From Chloropicon primus (lineage: Eukaryota), in assembly GCA_023205875.1 (NCBI GenBank), contig CP060763.1, forward strand, positions 62,001 to 126,000: DNA of 64,000 nucleotides. Direction: 5' to 3'. Below the pieces are notes generated by a model. The model did not search any database, was not told where the DNA came from, and saw nothing but the letters and a program-made list of their open reading frames with translations. Position numbers and translations under genes: made by a program. Below are positions 51,302 to 62,284 of this stretch, in pieces; the stretch's first letter is position 1; each line of letters begins with the position of its first letter.

Positions 51302-52276
51302 TTTGATCTGTCCGTGTGGCTCTGGAAGGATTGTCCTGGCCAAGGGCAAGCCGGTGCACTCGAAGGGACGGGACAGGGAGGAGGAAGGAAGGAGGATACA
51401 ATTTGTATTCATTCATCGAGTCGTCACGAGTCCTTGCTTTCCCTGAGTTTTCTCTCTTTCAGGATGGAGTTTGGACTTTGGACTTTGATCCGTCCGTGTG
51501 GCTCTGGAAGGATTGTCCTGGCCAAGGGCAAGCCGGTGCATTGGAAGGGGTGGGACAGGGAGGAGGAAGGAAGGAGGATACAATTTGTATTCATTCATCG
51601 AGTCGTCACGAGTCCTTGCTTTCCCTGAGTTTTCTCTCTTTCAGGATGGAGTTTGGAGTTTGGACTTTGATCCGTCCGTGTGGCTCTGGAAGGATTGTCC
51701 TGGCCAAGGGCAAGCCGGTGCATTGGAAGGGGTGGGACAGGGAGGAGGAAGGAAGGAGGATACAATTTGTATTCATTCATCGAGTCGTCACGAGTCCTTG
51801 CTTTCCCTGAGTTTTCTCTCTTTCAGGATGGAGTTTGGAGTTTGGACTTTGATCCGTCCGTGTGGCTCTGGAAGGATTGTCCTGGCCAAGGGCGGGACAG
51901 GGAGGAGGAAGGAAGGAGGATACAATTTGTATTCATTCATCGAGTCGTCACGAGTCCTTGCTTTCCCTGAGTTTTCTCTCTTTCAGGATGGAGTTTGGAG
52001 TTTGGACTTTGATCCGTCCGTGTGGCTCTGGAAGGATTGTCCTGGCCAAGGGCAAGCCGGTGCATTGGAAGGGGTGGGACAGGGAGGAGGAAGGAAGGAG
52101 GATACAATTTGTATTCATTCATCGAGTCGTCACGAGTCCTTGCTTTCCCTGAGTTTTCTCTCTTTCAGGATGGAGTTTGGAGTTTGGACTTTGATCTGTC
52201 CGTGTGGCTCTGGAAGGATTGTCCTGGCCAAGGGCAAGCCGGTGCATTGGAAGGGACGGGACAGGGAGGAGGAAGG
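51302..52276. repeat. Tandem array, 182-bp period, ~5.5 copies (one unit shortened to 160 bp)
   Basis: TTTGATC[TC]GTCCGTGTGGCTCTGGAAGG starts at 51302, 51484, 51666, 51848, 52008 and 52190. The fourth unit has a 22-bp deletion. Confidence 0.96.
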
Positions 52277-52303
52277 CACGAGGGAAAGACGGACGAAGCA
52301 GAA

Positions 52304-52559
52304 GGCGAGATCGCAGAGGGAAAGGGTCGAGCGACGGACCATTCGAAAGAGCGTCTCGAGATCTTTCCGTCGATACCTTGGTCGCTTCGTTTGGCACACG
52401 GAGTGAGCGGCGGGAGTCGCATGAAGAGGTGAGCTGCCTGATCGAGGTGAGGAGAGAGGAGGTTTTCGACGCGAGTGGGGAGCGAGGCGGGAAGGGAGAG
52501 GTACGAGAGGCGGTGAAGGCTGAAGGTTCGTCTCGCGATCTCTCGGAAGAGCCGGCGCT
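52304..52559 (+). repeat. Dispersed duplication, copy 1 (copy 2 at 54547-54802)
   Basis: Colinear at offset 2243, with about 8 substitutions counted by eye in ~255 bp. Confidence 0.93.
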
Positions 52560-52630
52560 CGAGTGGTGAGGACCACGGCGAAGGAAGAACGGGAGAGGAA
52601 GAGGGATGAGGTTCTAGCTCGAGTCTGGTG

Positions 52631-53464
52631 ATGGTGCTGGCCATGAGGGACGTCGCCGCGAGGGCAGGGAGAGGGAGAGGTGACATGCCGACGAGGAGGA
52701 GGAAGTGGACCAGTGGCTACGGACTGAAGACCTGCAGGAAGGTTGTCATCGACGGCGCGAACTTGTGCTGGACATTTGGCCGGAGGCATCAGCAGGAGGA
52801 GGCGGAGGGGTCGGACAAGGCGAGGCCCGACATGGAGGGTCTGAGGGTGGCGTTGTCGTGTCCCGTCTGGAGAGAGCTCGGTGTGGAGCCCGTGGTGTTC
52901 CTTCCGACGAGTTGCGAGGGTTACGAGAGGTGGGACGCGTACGCGTGCTCGCTGGACGACCAGCTCCTGTTCGAGTCACACAAGCTGATCTCCGTCGAGA
53001 ATGGCACTATTACGGAGACGAGGTCTTGCGGGTTCACCTCCTCCAGTGGCACGAGGTCCGGCCCTGAGGGTTCGCCCCGGACGCACCTGAGGCACAAGGT
53101 GCAGCGCGCGCAGGCGGCCGGTGCCGGGAGGGGTCGCCGCCCAAAGCGAAGAGACTCGGGACTCCGCTCCAGGGACGATATTCTTTTGCTGAGGTACGCG
53201 CAGAAGAACAACGCTTGGGTCCTGAGCAACGACAGGTTCCGGGACCATTCCGTGGTGCAACGGCGCGGCTGGAGAGGCTGGCTCACGGAGAGGCGGATCG
53301 GATACGAGTTCGCCAAGGAGGCGACCGGCTTCGAGCTGGAGGTCTTGCCCGGCGCGAGTCAGTGGGAAGTCTTCTGCGCTCACAGGAGGCTGGTTCGGGG
53401 GGAGGGGGGCACGTCAGGTGCAACCGATGATCCTGCGGTTCTCGCCCCGCTTGCCACAGAGTGA
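52631..53464 (+). CDS. NYN/PIN-domain ribonuclease (Zc3h12a/Regnase/N4BP1-like), intronless
   Basis: KVVIDGANLCW, DDILLLRYAQKNNAWVLSNDRFRDH and WLTERRIGYEF contain the conserved catalytic Asp motifs of the RNase_Zc3h12a family. Confidence 0.85.
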   Translation: MVLAMRDVAARAGRGRGDMPTRRRKWTSGYGLKTCRKVVIDGANLCWTFGRRHQQEEAEGSDKARPDMEGLRVALSCPVWRELGVEPVVFLPTSCEGYERWDAYACSLDDQLLFESHKLISVENGTITETRSCGFTSSSGTRSGPEGSPRTHLRHKVQRAQAAGAGRGRRPKRRDSGLRSRDDILLLRYAQKNNAWVLSNDRFRDHSVVQRRGWRGWLTERRIGYEFAKEATGFELEVLPGASQWEVFCAHRRLVRGEGGTSGATDDPAVLAPLATE

Positions 53465-53563
53465 ACCTCTCTCTCTCTCTTTCTCTTTCTCTCTCTTGTT
53501 ATCGCTTTGGGTGAACATATATGTATAATAATAAACGGAGCTCCAGGGGGGTTTCCTTCTTCC

Positions 53564-53914
53564 CTACTCGTTCTCGTTCTCGATGTGAGGCTTCAGTCCC
53601 CCAAAGGACGAAGACTTTTGCGCGTTCCTCTTCATGAACTTGGGCAGGCTCCTTCCCCTAGCGTCCAGGTCCTTGGAAGACTTGGCCCTGCCCGCGACGT
53701 TCTCCTTCTGCTGCAGACTCACCTGGTAGAAGGCTTCGGACTGAGCCTTGATCGTCATTCGACCGAAGACCTGGTAGTCGTCCTCCTCGTTCCCATCGCT
53801 GTCCGAGTCGTCCCAATCTGCAACAAGAGCAAAGAGCAAGCGCGTCCCAGCGCGTCAGTCGAGAGTCTATTTCCGTCCCTTCACACCACAGTGTGAGTCA
53901 ACAACACCGAGGTG

Positions 53915-53956
<42 letters not shown>

Positions 53957-54132
53957 GTACCAGAATCGTTGTCACTGAGAGCACGGGACCCCTCGGCATC
54001 GTTGGCGCTCTTGTGACGCATCTGATACCTCTGCACTTGGGCCAGCACGGAAGAGTTATCCTCTGACTTGTCCTTCACCTGAGCCTCTGTTCGGAGGTTA
54101 TCCACCTCCTTCTCCGCGACACCTTCGGCCAT
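53564..54132 (-). CDS. Hypothetical hydrophilic protein; exons 54132-53961 and 53817-53564, ~141 aa (could start at 54216)
   Basis: Two ORF pieces are joined in frame by a phase-1 GTACG...GCAG intron containing a CT microsatellite. Confidence 0.55.
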
Positions 54133-54546
54133 ACCCCTCTCCACCTCGCCACCCTGGACCTTCCTCGCCTCCTCTTCCACAAAGTCGCTCCTGCGCCCCT
54201 CAAATCCCTCCCTCATCGCCGCTAGCCCTCCCTACTGTCTCTCGGTCCTGCTGGCCCTGCTCCCTGGGTACACACCTTTGTTGGGACAAATCTTTCGCAA
54301 TACTCGTCCAAATCAAGCAAGCGAACGCTCTTTCGAAAGGTCTTGATCTCCTCTTTTGAATAATATCACCTTTGCGCACAGAACTTTCCTCTGCTTCCGT
54401 CAGTCTTTCGTTGATTGCGCCACTCCTGTCACCTTGTCCACCCAAGTCGTCTGTCAGTCGTACAGATTGATTCGAATTGGTCCAACGGGCAAAGGGCAAA
54501 GGTGCGTGAAGAGAAGAAGAAGAGGAGCACGTTCGAGGGTGAGGAG

Positions 54547-54802
54547 GGCGAGATTGCAGAGGGAAAGGGTCGACTGACGGACCATTTGAAAGAGCGTCTC
54601 GAGATCTTTCCGTCGATACCTTGGTCGCTTCGTTTGGCACACGGAGTGAGCGGCGGGAGTCGCATGAAGAGGTGAGCTGCCTGATCGAGGAGAGGAGAGA
54701 GGAGGTTTTCGACGCGAGTGGGGAGCGAGGCGGGAAGGGAGAGGCACGAGAGGCGGTGAAGGCGGAAGGTTCGTCTCGCGATCTCTCGGAAGAGCCTGCG
54801 CT
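54547..54802 (+). repeat. Dispersed duplication, copy 2, immediately upstream of the NIPA-like gene
   Basis: Near-identical to 52304-52559. Confidence 0.93.
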
Positions 54803-54827
54803 TGAAGGAAAAGATCGAGAATCGAGG

Positions 54828-56275
54828 ATGGATCGAGCACAGAAGATCCTGGACCAGCTGGTCTACATGGAGGGGAAGGGGAGGACGGAGGAGGCAGGAG
54901 GGAGCGCGGAAGGGAAGAGGAAGCGAAAGCCGGTGGTGAAGCGAACGTCGTTGCCCGAGGAGGGGCAATCCGGGAACGTGTGCAGGCCGTGGAGCAGGGA
55001 CGACCTGTTGAGAAGGTTGAAGACGTACTCCACCCGAACGTGGTTCTGCAAGCTGGAGAAGGTTTCCGCCATGAAGTGCGCTTCTAAAGGTTGGGTCAAC
55101 ACCGGGATAGACACGATCGAATGCGAGTCATGCAGGGCGAGGGCGATCTACCCAAAGTGCGCGTCCGCACTGCCCAAGGACGTGGCCTCCGTCGCGGAAA
55201 AGTAAGTGATCACTCTTCTTCTCTCTCTCTTCTTCTCTCTTGTTTGCTTGCTCACACACCACTTTGCTCCTCTGCTTGGGAAACGAAAAAACAAACGAAC
55301 AGGTTCGTCCCGCTCCTGGACTCTCTGCACGACAAGTTCTGCCCGTGGAAAGGGAGGGAGTGCGACGACGGTCTGATGAAGTTCCCGCCAGCCACACCGA
55401 GCAAGCTCTTGGACCAGCTCAAGTCAAGAATGGAGACTTTGTGCACCCTGAGGCAGTTGCCTTCGATAGAGGCCGCGTTTCTGGAAGAGGGGGGTGGATT
55501 GGAAGCGGAGGCCCGCAAGAAGATTGCCGAGATCCTCGAGGGAAACTGCAAGGTCGCCATGAAGGACAAGGTCCTGAGCAACATGCTTTACAACAGCAAG
55601 ACGAACAAGAAGGTTGAGGTGGACTCTTACGAGTGCAGCCTGCTCCTCCTCGCTTTGTGTGGCTGGGACAGGGAAGCTTCTGCTGGAGGTGAAGGTGGTT
55701 CGCCGTCCAGGAGCTTTGTTCTTCAGTGCGAGATGTGCGGCTCGAGGGCAGGAATCTGGAACTTTGAGAAGAAGGTGCAGCGGCCCAGTCATTTGGACTA
55801 CGTCTCTTGGAAGCAGGGGGGCTCCGAGGAGGCCATGACGCAGGGCGAGGAGGGCCTGCCGACCCAGTCGCTGAGAGGGGCCGCGAAAGCCACGGGGTAT
55901 ACGTGCATCACCTCTCCCCTCTACGTGGCGAGCCCTGTGATGGTGAACCTGTACAAAACGATCGCTGGAGGAAACACGGCGATCTCTTCGGGCATAGAGC
56001 CTGACGCGGACTCGGGCAAGGGAGGGGGGGGTCCTCACTCGACCAAGAGGCCCAAGGTCGAGCTGGGCAACCCGAGGTCGTGCAGGAGCGCTTGCATGAA
56101 CCCGTTCAACACTCACAAGAGGTACTGCCCCTGGAGGTTTCAACAAGGCTGGAGGGTGCTGCAGATCTTGGAAGCTCTCCTTCCCAACGAGGAGGCGACG
56201 AAGAGCGGGGGCTTCCCAACGAGTCAGGAAGACGTCGTCAGCATGTTGAACAAGGTCCAGAAGGTGATTGGGTAA
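54828..56275 (+). CDS. NIPA/ZC3HC1-like protein (zf-C3HC plus Rsm1-like); exons 54828-55201 and 55303-56275, ~448 aa
   Basis: CRPWSRDDLLRRLKTY..WF.K...SAMKCASKGW..C..C..H..FCPW, then LALCGW..CEMC and FNTHKRYCPW. Phase-2 GTAAG...CAG intron. Confidence 0.88.
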
Positions 56276-56413
56276 TAGGGTAATCTCTCTCTATCTCTCT
56301 ACATTGTGTTTATTATAAAATTGCTCGGGATGATACCACCTCCCTCTCTCCCTCTCTCTCCCTCTCTCTCTCTCTCTCCCTGTCGTTGTCCGTCGTCGTC
56401 GTCGTCGTCGTCG

Positions 56414-57454
56414 TCACCCCTCTGACTTGAGCAAGCTGTTCATCTTGGGGTCCTTGTTCGAGGCCAGGTTGTACTTCTCCAGGAACTTCTGCTGGCCTGA
56501 CTTTGGATTGAGCTTGTCCCTCGCGCTCGAGGACATGTGGGACATGGCTTCCCTCTTCTCCGCCTTGGTCAGAGGCTGGGGACTTAGGGCGCCCCCCGCT
56601 TGCAGGACGCCCGGGGCTTCGTCGTCGCCGAGCAGCTTCTCGCCGCTCAGGGTTCGCGTCACTTGCTCGACCCCCTCCTCGACCGAAGCTTGGTCGGCGT
56701 CTCCTCCTTCCTCGGACGGTGGCGTAGCCTCCTCCTCCGAGTCCTCTGGAGAGACCGGGCTCTTAAGGTGCTCCTCGATGAGGGCCCTGATCGCGGAGCT
56801 CACCGCGACGTCCTGGGGCAGCTTGTCCTCCGAGTTGGCGGTCACCTCCTTGGTGCCTTGGAATCGAAGGAGCTCCTCGACGCAGACCTGCTTCCCGCTG
56901 GAAGCGGCAACGTGCAGGGGCGTGTCTCCCTTGTTGTTCTTGGCGTCAACCTTGGCGCCCCTCTTGACCAGGAGCTTGATGCACTCCCTCGTGTCTCCTC
57001 TCGCGGCCGCGTGAAGCACGGTGTCTCCGGCCTTGTTGGCCTTGCTCAGCAGGATCTTGGCATCGCAATGGTCCAGAAGAAGCTCCAGGACGCCGAGCTT
57101 GCTGTTCCCGGCAGCCCAGTGGTGGGCCAAGTTCCCGTCCGCGTCCTGCTTGTCGACGTACGCGCCCTTGGCCAACAGCGTCTGCGCAACCTCCAGGTGT
57201 CCCCTCAGGCTGCAGTAGTGAAGCGGCGTCCCCCTGTCCTTGTCTTGTGCATTCATGTTCGCACCCATCTTGATCAGCGTGTTCAGGGACTCCACCTTGT
57301 TCTTCTCGGCAGCCTCGTGAAGCAAGGACTGCTCCATCATACCTATCTTCGCATTCAAGCTCCCTGGACGAGCCTTCAGCTCCTTGGCAAGGAACTCCGT
57401 GCTCTCCTGGATCACAAGCTCCCTCAAGCTCGCCGCCGCATCACTAGCAGCCAT
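56414..57454 (-). CDS. Ankyrin-repeat protein (~5 repeats) with an acidic C-terminal tail
   Basis: SLLHEAA, GTPLHYCS..GHLEVAQTLL..GA, GDTVLHAAA and GDTPLHVAA. Confidence 0.9.
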   Translation of the reverse strand: MAASDAAASLRELVIQESTEFLAKELKARPGSLNAKIGMMEQSLLHEAAEKNKVESLNTLIKMGANMNAQDKDRGTPLHYCSLRGHLEVAQTLLAKGAYVDKQDADGNLAHHWAAGNSKLGVLELLLDHCDAKILLSKANKAGDTVLHAAARGDTRECIKLLVKRGAKVDAKNNKGDTPLHVAASSGKQVCVEELLRFQGTKEVTANSEDKLPQDVAVSSAIRALIEEHLKSPVSPEDSEEEATPPSEEGGDADQASVEEGVEQVTRTLSGEKLLGDDEAPGVLQAGGALSPQPLTKAEKREAMSHMSSSARDKLNPKSGQQKFLEKYNLASNKDPKMNSLLKSEG

Positions 57455-58315
57455 CTCTCTCAGCAGTCTCTCAGCAGTCTCTCTCTCTGTGTGGGTGTGA
57501 GTTATCCTCTTGGGAATGGGATGTCTCGTGCAAGGCAGAGGACCAGCTACTCAAGCGTCTGAGACTTCCTGGAGTGCGTTTGACTGGTTGTCAAAAAGGG
57601 TAAGCGGCGTCTCCCGCCACTACACACAAGCGGAACAGCAAAAATGGCAAACGAAGTGAAGTCCCAACCAAGCAAGCGAGCAAGGAGGAGACCAAACCAA
57701 GCCAAGCCCCAAGCCAAGCCAAGCCCCAAGCTAAGCCAAGCTAAGCCAAGCGAGGAAGGAAACAAAAAAGAAGAAAAAAATTACGCAAGGGTGGTGGACG
57801 ATGAGTAATAATGATAATGGATTGGATGGATTCCCCAGTCCTCCTCCTCCTCCTCCTCCTCTCTCTCTCTCTCTTCGCTCTGGTCCGTGGGCAAGTCCCT
57901 TGTCCTGCCGGTCAAAATCCTTTCCTCTGTCTGCAGCGCTGACTCAGATTTTAACTTCTCTCGATGAATCACATTTTTTCCGTTGAGAACAAAGCGACAG
58001 ATGAAAAAAAGAAAACAGAAAAAAATCAAAAAAAACGATCGATCGATCGGACGAGAACGACGCGACGGACGAGGACGAGGACGACGAGGACTGACGCGCC
58101 GGGGTTGAGAAGAAGTGATCCACGTCTTCGGGTTTCCTTCGCCCTCCTTTCCGACTTTTTTTTTCTCGTTCAATTCCCTGCACGAACGGCTGAGAACAAC
58201 CAAATTCCATTCACAACACAACAACAGCCAAGCCAAGACAGAGTCCATTGCAGTGCCTTGCTCGTTGGTTTTGGTTCCTTTGCGGAGGCGTTACGTTTTT
58301 TGTAGGCGTTACGTT

Positions 58316-61261
58316 ATGGAGCAGAACAAGATGTACGGCTCGCGGATCCCCCGTGCGCCGAAGAGGGCGCTGAAAACGTTGACGGAGAACGACGTGAAGG
58401 CGAAAGCAAACGAAGAGAACGTTGAGAGCATTGCTGTGAAGAAGCCGAGGCTTGAGGAGAGCAAGAAGGGGAGTCACGGTGGGGAGGAGGCGGAGTGGCT
58501 GGAGATGTGCGACAAGGGAAACATGACGATCGATGGCCTCCTTGGTTTGAAGATGACTGGAAAGGGGAAGTGGGACCACAAGGGAAGGTGCGAGCAGATG
58601 ATGCCGTACATCAGGCAGCTCCGTGCGTGCACGAGGTACCTTCGATCCTGCGTGGGCAAGGCGGATGGCGTGAAGGAGGCCATGGTGGCGGAGCACGAGA
58701 AGGAGATCTCGGAGAGGGAGGCGGAGCTCGAGAAGTTGAGCGAGAAGGTCACTGAGCTCGGGGAGCAGTTCGCCGAGTCCAAGGAGAGCGTCTCCGAGAT
58801 GAAGGAGAGGAACGCCGAGCTGAGGAAGGAGATGGAGCACAAGCACGAGGTCGAGATGGGGCACAAGGTGGAGATCTCGACTCTCACGAACGACCTGGCC
58901 CATCAGAAGAAGGTGGTCGGGGAGAAGACGGAGGAGATCGCAAAAATCCAGGACAACTACGTCAAGTCCCAGGAGTACGCCCAGAACTTGCAGGACTTTG
59001 TGAAGAAGCTCAAGGAGGACACCCAGAAGATGAACGACAGCTTGCTGAAGATCCAGGAGGAGAAGTCCGAGCTCGTGAGCGACTTGAACCTGTCCAAGGG
59101 GAACGCCGCGCAGCTGGAGGAGAGGCTGCAGGACTCCAAGGGCCTCGTCGAGCAGCTGCAGAAGCAGAAGGACGCCTTGAACGAGACCCTCGAGGCCATG
59201 AAGGAGCGGCACGGCAAGGCCATCGAGGAGATGACGAGCACCTTGAAGGCGAACGAGGCCGAGGCGAAGGAGAGGTTGGACGCCCTCAAGGGCGAGAAGA
59301 AGCTGAAGGAGGAGGAGCTTGCTCGCATGGAGGGAAAGCACAAGGAGGTCTGCGAGACTCTCGAAAAGTGCGAGATGGACTTGAAGGAGAACGTCGAGTC
59401 CCTGAAAGAGTCCGAGTCCAAGTGCGAGGGCCTGCAGACCACGATCAAGGAGATGGAGGCCCAGCACCAGCAGGAGCTTCAGGCCAAGGTCGACCAAGCC
59501 CAAGCCGACAAGGAATGCTTCGAGAAGGAGAAGGCCGCTCTTGAGACCTCAATCGAGCAAAAGGTAAGCGATCTCGCCGAAACGGCAAGCAAGCTTTCTG
59601 AAACTAGCGCCCTCCTCGAGAGCACCAAGGCCGAGCTGCAGCAAGTCACGAGCCAGTTCGAGAGCACCAAGGCGGACCTCAGCGCGAAGACCGCCGAGTA
59701 CGGGAATGCGATGACAGAGCTCAAGGGCGTAACGAGCAAGCTCTCTGAGACCAGCGCCCTCCTCGAGAGCAACCAAAGCGAGCTGCAAGAGGTCACCAAC
59801 CAATTCGAGAGCACGAGGACTGACCTTCGATCTAAGACCACCGAATGCGAGAACGCGGTTTCGGAGCTCCAGAAAGCCAAGGAGGAGATCAACAGGTACC
59901 ATGAAATCACGGGCCAGAGTGCCGAGAACATGGAGAAGCTCATGGAGAAGAGCAAGAGTCTGGAGGATCAGAACGCTACCCAGAACGAGGTCTTGGAGGC
60001 CATCAAAGCTCAGTACGAGATGGTGAAGCAGAAGTTGTCGCTCTACGAGGTTCAGAACGGCAGCGTCCAGGAGCAGTACCAGAGCGTGATGAAGCAGCTG
60101 GACATGAAGGACCAGCTGCTGAGGGAGGCTGAGCAGAAGATCCACGATGGGGAAACGTTGAGGAAGCAGCTGCACAACCAGATTCTGGAGCTCAAGGGCA
60201 ACATCAGAGTGTTCTGCAGGACGAGGCCTCTGAGCGAGGAGGAGGTGAACCAGGAGCTGTCCCAGAGCATCCCAACCATTTCCTACACCACGCAGGGCGA
60301 GAAGACCGGAAAGGGCCTTCAGCTCCACCTGACCACCAACCCGAAGAGCAAGAAGAGGTCGAGCAACGGCGAGACCCACTATAACTTTGACTTTGACAGG
60401 TCTTTCCAAGAGAATGCTTCCCAGGAGGAGGTGTTCGAGGAGATCTCTCAGCTCGTCCAGAGCGCCTTGGATGGCTATAAGGTCTGCATCTTTGCCTATG
60501 GCCAGACGGGTAGCGGCAAGACCCACACCATGATCGGAAACTCGGAGGCTCCTGGGATGATCCCAAGGTCCCTCGAGCAGATCTTCACCAGCGGCGAGAA
60601 GATGAAGGAGCAGGGCTGGCAGTACTCCATCAGCGTGTCCATGATGGAGATCTACAACGAGGAGTACAAGGACCTCCTCGGGAAGAAGAAGCTGCCAGCT
60701 GGGAAGCAGCACACCGTGAAGCATGACCAGCAAGGGAAGACCTCGATCACCTACATGACGGATGTCAAGGTCACTTCCATGGACAAGGTGAACTCCCTTT
60801 TGAACAAGGCAATGTCCGTTCGCAGTGTCGCCTCCACCCAATGCAACGAGCACTCGAGCAGAAGCCACTTCGTGTTCAGGTTGAACATCGAGGGCACCAA
60901 CGAGGCCCTGGGTCAGAGCGTGAATGGCGTTCTCAACCTCGTAGATCTCGCTGGAAGCGAGAGGCTCTCCAAGTCCCAGGCCACCGGCGACAGGCTCAAG
61001 GAGACCCAGAGCATCAACAAGAGCTTGAGCGCCCTCGGGGATGTCATCATGGCGATCAACAACGGCGACTCTCACATTCCGTACAGGAACAGCAAGCTCA
61101 CCTGGCTGCTGCAGCCTTGCCTGGGCAACCAGTCCAAGGCCCTCATGTTTGTCAACGTTGCGCCTTCGCAAGGGTCTGCGCAAGAAACCTTGTGCTCCCT
61201 GCGATTCGCCTCGAAGGTGAACGCTTGCGAGATTGGCACGGCCAAACGATTTGTATCCTAA
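58316..61261 (+). CDS. Kinesin-14 (C-terminal motor, ATK1/NCD/HSET-like), ~981 aa
   Basis: Long coiled coil, then neck [24 protein letters not shown]-loop [42 protein letters not shown] and [13 protein letters not shown]. Confidence 0.97.
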   Translation: MEQNKMYGSRIPRAPKRALKTLTENDVKAKANEENVESIAVKKPRLEESKKGSHGGEEAEWLEMCDKGNMTIDGLLGLKMTGKGKWDHKGRCEQMMPYIRQLRACTRYLRSCVGKADGVKEAMVAEHEKEISEREAELEKLSEKVTELGEQFAESKESVSEMKERNAELRKEMEHKHEVEMGHKVEISTLTNDLAHQKKVVGEKTEEIAKIQDNYVKSQEYAQNLQDFVKKLKEDTQKMNDSLLKIQEEKSELVSDLNLSKGNAAQLEERLQDSKGLVEQLQKQKDALNETLEAMKERHGKAIEEMTSTLKANEAEAKERLDALKGEKKLKEEELARMEGKHKEVCETLEKCEMDLKENVESLKESESKCEGLQTTIKEMEAQHQQELQAKVDQAQADKECFEKEKAALETSIEQKVSDLAETASKLSETSALLESTKAELQQVTSQFESTKADLSAKTAEYGNAMTELKGVTSKLSETSALLESNQSELQEVTNQFESTRTDLRSKTTECENAVSELQKAKEEINRYHEITGQSAENMEKLMEKSKSLEDQNATQNEVLEAIKAQYEMVKQKLSLYEVQNGSVQEQYQSVMKQLDMKDQLLREAEQKIHDGETLRKQLHNQILELKGNIRVFCRTRPLSEEEVNQELSQSIPTISYTTQGEKTGKGLQLHLTTNPKSKKRSSNGETHYNFDFDRSFQENASQEEVFEEISQLVQSALDGYKVCIFAYGQTGSGKTHTMIGNSEAPGMIPRSLEQIFTSGEKMKEQGWQYSISVSMMEIYNEEYKDLLGKKKLPAGKQHTVKHDQQGKTSITYMTDVKVTSMDKVNSLLNKAMSVRSVASTQCNEHSSRSHFVFRLNIEGTNEALGQSVNGVLNLVDLAGSERLSKSQATGDRLKETQSINKSLSALGDVIMAINNGDSHIPYRNSKLTWLLQPCLGNQSKALMFVNVAPSQGSAQETLCSLRFASKVNACEIGTAKRFVS

Positions 61262-61393
61262 AAACCAGCAAGAGAGAGCTAATTGATTCATGTAGAAAAC
61301 AAAACCATTTTACGAGACTTGTGTGTTGTCCTTCTCTAAACTCCTCCTTGGACTTGGCGGCTTGCTCCTGCTGTGCCATCCAAGCGGGCAGTT

Positions 61394-62284
61394 TCACACT
61401 CGAAAGCTTTTCTGTATCGTCAGAAGCTTGTCTTCGTTCTGGGCCCACTGCTTGTTGGTCGCGCTGACGGCCAAGACGAAGACGGCGTTGTCCTTGGCCG
61501 CAATCGAAGCCACTTGGTGCTGCCCCGTTTTGGCGTACGGCGTGTCGAGGACGTACCAGTAGTACGTGACCCCGTCGATCGTCTTTGCCTCGGCCACCGT
61601 GACTTCCTCCTCCTCGATCGTGTTTCCGGTGATGTTCGGCCCCAGGGCGTTGATGATCCCGTCCAGGGTTCCGACCGCGTCGATGGACTCGTTCTTCTCA
61701 AGGGACCTCCTGCTGAGCTTGTTCAGGGGAGAAACGATTACTTGCAAGCTGCCTTCCTTGGGCCCCTGGAACAGGACTTCGGTCCAAGGCTCGTCGCACC
61801 TCGGCTGGCAATAGTTACCGCTCAGAATGTTCGCCACCGTCCTCCTGACCCACGTCCCAGGCATGGCGAACTTGTACTTTCCGATTGTCCCCGCCCTGAT
61901 CGCGGGGGTCTCCTGGCTGCTCGGCACGAACTCGTAAAAGCCTTCTATCCCCTTAGCCGCCTCCAGGTAGGTGCCGACCTCGACCGGCCTCTCCACTCCC
62001 GTGGCCGCGTGCGGGGCTCCGAGAACCTCTCCAGCAGCCAACATCGACGCCGCCATCCCGTAAAGCGCTCCCCTTCTCGTCGGTTGGCCCGAGCCACCAC
62101 CACCACCACGAGTCGTCGTCGTCGTCGTCGAGCAGCTGCTCGAGTCCTCCCTCCTCCCGTCGTCGTTCGGGGATCGACCCAAAGCGAGGACTCGAGTGGC
62201 TCTGCCTCTGGACCTCGATGCCCTCCCCCTCGACCCCTGCGCTCTCGCCTGGGTCCTGCTCACTCGCTGCTGCTTCATCATCAT
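61394..62284 (-). CDS. PPD6: PsbP-domain thylakoid lumen protein, PPD6-like, ~296 aa
   Basis: Transit peptide and twin-arginine TRRGAL. VEVGTYL..TPAIRAG..ANILSGNYCQPRCDEPW..LGPNITGN..YVLDTPYAKTG match plant PPD6 as I recall it. Confidence 0.85.
   Translation of the reverse strand: MMMKQQRVSRTQARAQGSRGRASRSRGRATRVLALGRSPNDDGRREDSSSCSTTTTTTRGGGGGSGQPTRRGALYGMAASMLAAGEVLGAPHAATGVERPVEVGTYLEAAKGIEGFYEFVPSSQETPAIRAGTIGKYKFAMPGTWVRRTVANILSGNYCQPRCDEPWTEVLFQGPKEGSLQVIVSPLNKLSRRSLEKNESIDAVGTLDGIINALGPNITGNTIEEEEVTVAEAKTIDGVTYYWYVLDTPYAKTGQHQVASIAAKDNAVFVLAVSATNKQWAQNEDKLLTIQKSFRV

Noticed and set aside
51302..52276. Possible CRISPR array (also considered for the other three arrays)
   Set aside because: Whole units are duplicated with no unique spacers, there are no cas genes, and the context is eukaryotic.
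51314..52432. ORFs across the 182-bp array (likewise in the arrays at 2462, 6239 and 10144)
   Set aside because: The unit lengths are not multiples of 3, so frames rotate, and the products are not protein-like.
58211..61291. Long antisense ORFs (430 and 580 aa) opposite kinesin, and similar ones opposite the DUF179, ankyrin and PPD6 genes
   Set aside because: Expected from GC3-rich codon bias; no recognisable motifs.
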